Assembly (NCBI GenBank): GCA_002269645.1
Contig: NIVC01001435.1
Span: 62,001 to 126,000, forward strand
Length of the DNA: 64,000 nt
DNA from: Macrostomum lignano
Taxonomy: Eukaryota
Direction: 5' to 3'
Part shown: positions 60,560-64,000 of the stretch, piece after piece
How positions within the stretch are numbered: the first letter of the stretch is position 1
Layout: every line of letters starts with the position of its first letter
The notes under the pieces: model-generated
Database searches by the model: none
What the model was told of the DNA's origin: nothing
Seen by the model: only the letters and a program-made list of their open reading frames with translations
Translations under genes and position numbers: made by a program

Positions 60560-61917
60560 ATGATCTCAATCGCGACAGCAGCAGCAACGGGCGTGGACTC
60601 ATCCGCCGCTGTCATTGACGACCTCAACGACGTCGTTCCTCTGGCCGACGCCGATGCCAATGACGACGAGGACGAGGACGAAGACGAGGACGATTGCGGA
60701 GGAGGCGGCGACGGTGCCATTGAGCTGTGCGTGCCGGACGCTGAGCACCCCAGCCTGGTCTGGTGCGGCCAGCGCAGGAAACGGCCGATTCTCGTCTTTC
60801 TGCCGCACGCAGTTGAACGCCGAAATCCGCAGGTTCGCTGCATCGGCGAGAAATACCATCTGGCATTTAAGATTGTCCGAACTGAGTGCAAACTGCTCAA
60901 AACCATCCTACTCGCGCACGGGTTCCACGAGACCCACCCTAACAGTTTAGACTTCAATCTGGTGTGGACTGGCGGCCACCTGAAGCCCTACAGCCTGCGC
61001 GGCATGACCGAATTCCAGAAAATCAACCACTTCCCGCGCTCTTACGAGCTGACTAGGAAGGACCGCCTGTTCAAAAATGTGCAGCGCATGCAACAGCTGA
61101 TGGGCGCGCGTCACTTTGACTTTGTGCCGGCGAGTTTCATTCTGCCAGCCGAGTACCAGGACCTCTGCAGCTATCACCACGCAGAGAAGGGGCCCTTCAT
61201 CGTCAAGCCGATCGCCAGCAGCCGCGGCCGGGGTATCTTCATCGTGAACAACCCGGAGCAGATCGTGCTGGACGAACAGCTCGTCGCCTGCAAGTACATC
61301 GCGAACCCGCTCCTAGTTGATGGATTCAAATTCGATCTGAGAATTTACGTAGCAGTGACCTCGTATGACCCGCTGATGATCTACGTGTACGAGGAGGGCC
61401 TGGCCAGATTCGCCACCGTCCGCTACCAGGCGGACGGCAGGCAGCTGCGCAACCAGTGCATGCACCTCACCAACTACAGCGTCAACAAGCGCAACCGCGA
61501 CTTTGTGCAAAATGACGACGCGGAAGTTGAAGACTACGGCAACAAGTGGTCGCTGGGTGCGCTGCTCCGCTACCTGCGCTCGGAGGGCCACGACACGGCC
61601 GCTCTGATGATGCGAATCGAAGACGTCGTCATCAAGTCCATCCTCAGCGTAGAGTCCGCCGTCTCGGCAGCCTGCAGGATGTTCCAGCCTCACAGGGGGA
61701 ACTGCTTCGAACTGTACGGCTTCGACATCATTCTGGATGAAGCGCTGCGGCCCTGGCTGCTCGAGGTCAACCTCAGCCCGTCTCTGGCCTGCGACTCGCC
61801 GTTGGACTTCAAAATCAAGTGCAACATGCTCAGCGACCTGCTGTCCTTGGTGGGATTCGTCTGCCAAGATCCCATGCTGCGAGTGCTGCACGCTCCGGGC
61901 GGGGGCGCCGGGGCAAG
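60560..61917 (+). CDS. TTLL5: Tubulin polyglutamylase TTLL5-like, large first coding exon containing the whole TTL domain (gene continues beyond this exon)
   Basis: KINHFPRSYELTRKDRL, IVKPIASSRGRG, KFDLRIYVAVTSYDPL, YEEGLARFAT, MHLTNYSVNK, EDYGNKWS and CFELYGFD...PWLLEVNLSPSLACD are characteristic of TTLL5. Splice donor AG|GTGAGC at 61917/61918. Confidence 0.9.
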
Positions 61918-62275
61918 GTGAGCTTCAGCAGATGCGCACTCATACACACGCTCACACAGGGTGTACACAGCGGTTCTTACTTTCTCTGTGTGGTTAGCTG
62001 GGGGGGGGGGTCAGCCCTCATAAGCAAGAGTCGGACAACTTCGAGCGCAAGCCCCAAATTAGCGTGACGGAATCAAACTCAGGGTAAGAGTCAGACGTGT
62101 CACCACTGAGCTGCTCGGCTCCAGAAATATTAGAATCGAAAGTAAACAGTCAACTCACTTGTTAGTGAAAAAGCATGTACGATAACTGGGCGCAACTTTT
62201 GAAATCACCTGGCCGTTTCCACGGGTAATGCACATGCGCAAGTCGCTATTGGCTGAGAGCGGTCACGCGACAACT

Positions 62276-63827
62276 CGTCGCCAACGGGGGGACAGGGGGG
62301 ACATGTCCCCCCCCCCAGTAAAAGATCTGAGGGGGACATGCCAATGCTTTGTCCCCCCCACCCCACCTTGTGACCCGTTATGGAAATCAATAATTTTGCA
62401 GCTGGGCGACAAAACATAGCGCCTGCGGCGCTAAAATGAGCATGCCTGCGGCGCCAAAATGAGTGCCTGCGGCGCCAAAATGAGTGCCTGCGGCGCCAAA
62501 ATGAGTGCCTGCGGTGCCAAAATGAGTGCCTGCGGCGCCAAAATGAGTGCCTGCGGTGCCAAAATGAGTGCCTGCGGCGCCAAAATGAGTGCCTGCGGCG
62601 CCAAAATGAGTGCCTGCGGTGCCAAAATGAGTGCCTGCGGCGCCAAAATGAGTGCCTGCGGCGCCAAAATGAGTGTCTGCGGTGCCAAAATGAGTGCCTG
62701 CGGTGCCAAAATGAGTGCCTGCGGCGCTAAAATGAGTGCCCGCGGCGCTAAAATGAGTGCCTGCGGTGCTAAAATGAGTGCTTGCAGAGCCAAAATGAGT
62801 GCCTGCGGTGCCAAAATGAGTGCCTGCGGCGCTAAAATGAGTGCCCGCGGCGCTAAAATGAGTGCCTGCGTCGCTAAAATGAGTGCTTGCAGAGCCAAAA
62901 TGAGTGCCTTTGGCGCTAAAATGAGTGCCTGCGGTGCTAAAATGAGTGCCTGCGGCGCTAAAATGAGTGCTTGCAGAGCCAAAATGAGTGCCTGCGGCGC
63001 TAAAATGAGTGCCTGCGGCGCCAAAATGAGTGCCTGCGGCGCTAAAATGAGTGCTTGCAGAGCCAAAATGAGTGCCTGCGGCGCTAAAATGAGTGCCTGC
63101 GGTGCCAAAATGAGTGCCTGCGGCGCCAAAATGAGTGCCTGCGGCGCCAAAATGAGTGTCTGCGGTGCCAAAATGAGTGCCTGCGGTGCCAAAATGAGTG
63201 CCTGCGGCGCTAAAATGAGTGCCCGCGGCGCTAAAATGAGTGCCTGCGGTGCTAAAATGAGTGCTTGCAGAGCCAAAATGAGTGCCTGCGGTGCCAAAAT
63301 GAGTGCCTGCGGCGCTAAAATGAGTGCCCGCGGCGCTAAAATGAGTGCCTGCGTCGCTAAAATGAGTGCTTGCAGAGCCAAAATGAGTGCCTTTGGCGCT
63401 AAAATGAGTGCCTGCGGTGCTAAAATGAGTGCCTGCGGCGCTAAAATGAGTGCTTGCAGAGCCAAAATGAGTGCCTGCGGCGCTAAAATGAGTGCCTGCG
63501 GCGCCAAAATGAGTGCCTGCGGCGCTAAAATGAGTGCTTGCAGAGCCAAAATGAGTGCCTGCGGCGCTAAAATGAGTGCTTGCAGTGCCAAAATGAGTGC
63601 CTGCAGAGCCAAAATGAGTGCCTGCAGAGCCAAAATGAGTGCCTGCAGAGCCAAAATGAATGCCTGCGGCGCTAAAATGAGTGCCTGCGGCGCCAAAATG
63701 AGTGCCTGCGGCGCCAAAATGAGTGCTGACAATAATTTACATGTAGGAAGTTAGTCATGTCATGTACGTGTATAATTGTTGGCTTTGTCCCCCCCCCCTC
63801 CACCAAAAATCCATGGCCACGCCCCTG
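62276..63827. mobile_element. Non-autonomous hAT-like MITE carrying an internal minisatellite
   Basis: Near-identical 8-bp flanks CGACAACT (62268-62275) and TGACAACT (63828-63835). The right end ...GGCCACGCCCCTG is TIR-like, the left end is degenerate, and GGGGGACA/TGTCCCCC motifs occur at both ends. Confidence 0.55.
62420..63727. repeat. 21-bp minisatellite (GCCTGCGGCGCCAAAATGAGT)n with a 483-bp higher-order duplication
   Basis: About 62 units. The diagnostic variant GTGTCTGC recurs at 62673 and 63156, a 23-unit period. Confidence 0.97.
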
Positions 63828-64000
63828 TGACAACTGTCTTGTACAGTAGCCGACTGACGTGCGTTTGTTTCTAATGGAAACGGCTGGGTGACTTCTAAAG
63901 TTGAGCATAAAATTGAATGTCTTACAGACCATTTAAAACTTTAAAACCCTTTTTAGTAAAGTAGTCCTTGCGGGTGTAGACATTGTAACTAGAATAGCGG

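Noticed and set aside
60541-61997. Several overlapping ORFs around TTLL5 (and around the GC-rich ADAM and SLC43 exons)
   Set aside because: They are alternative-frame or antisense shadows of GC-rich coding exons.

Overview
Eukaryotic (animal) genomic DNA with GT-AG introns, the standard code and a very high density of tandem repeats. The overall style suggests a flatworm such as Macrostomum, but that is inference only. From left to right on the minus strand: a 4-exon Rab11 gene; a ~14-exon ADAM metalloprotease-disintegrin gene in which most introns carry a different minisatellite; and a 5-kb (AACT)n array. Next comes a cluster of four SLC43-like transporter paralogues: three look intact and one is frameshifted. 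Between the paralogues lie an intronless 89-aa secreted precursor, a BEL/Pao gag-protease fragment enclosed by ~175-bp inverted repeats, tRNA-derived CORE-type SINEs, and a mariner element split by two nested insertions. The 89-aa precursor (signal peptide, acidic pro-region, cationic amidatable peptide) looks like an arminin-type antimicrobial peptide and is the most notable find. A plus-strand TTLL5-like tubulin polyglutamylase gene begins near the right end, with a minisatellite-bearing MITE in its intron. Exon boundaries were read by hand, and no database searches were run.
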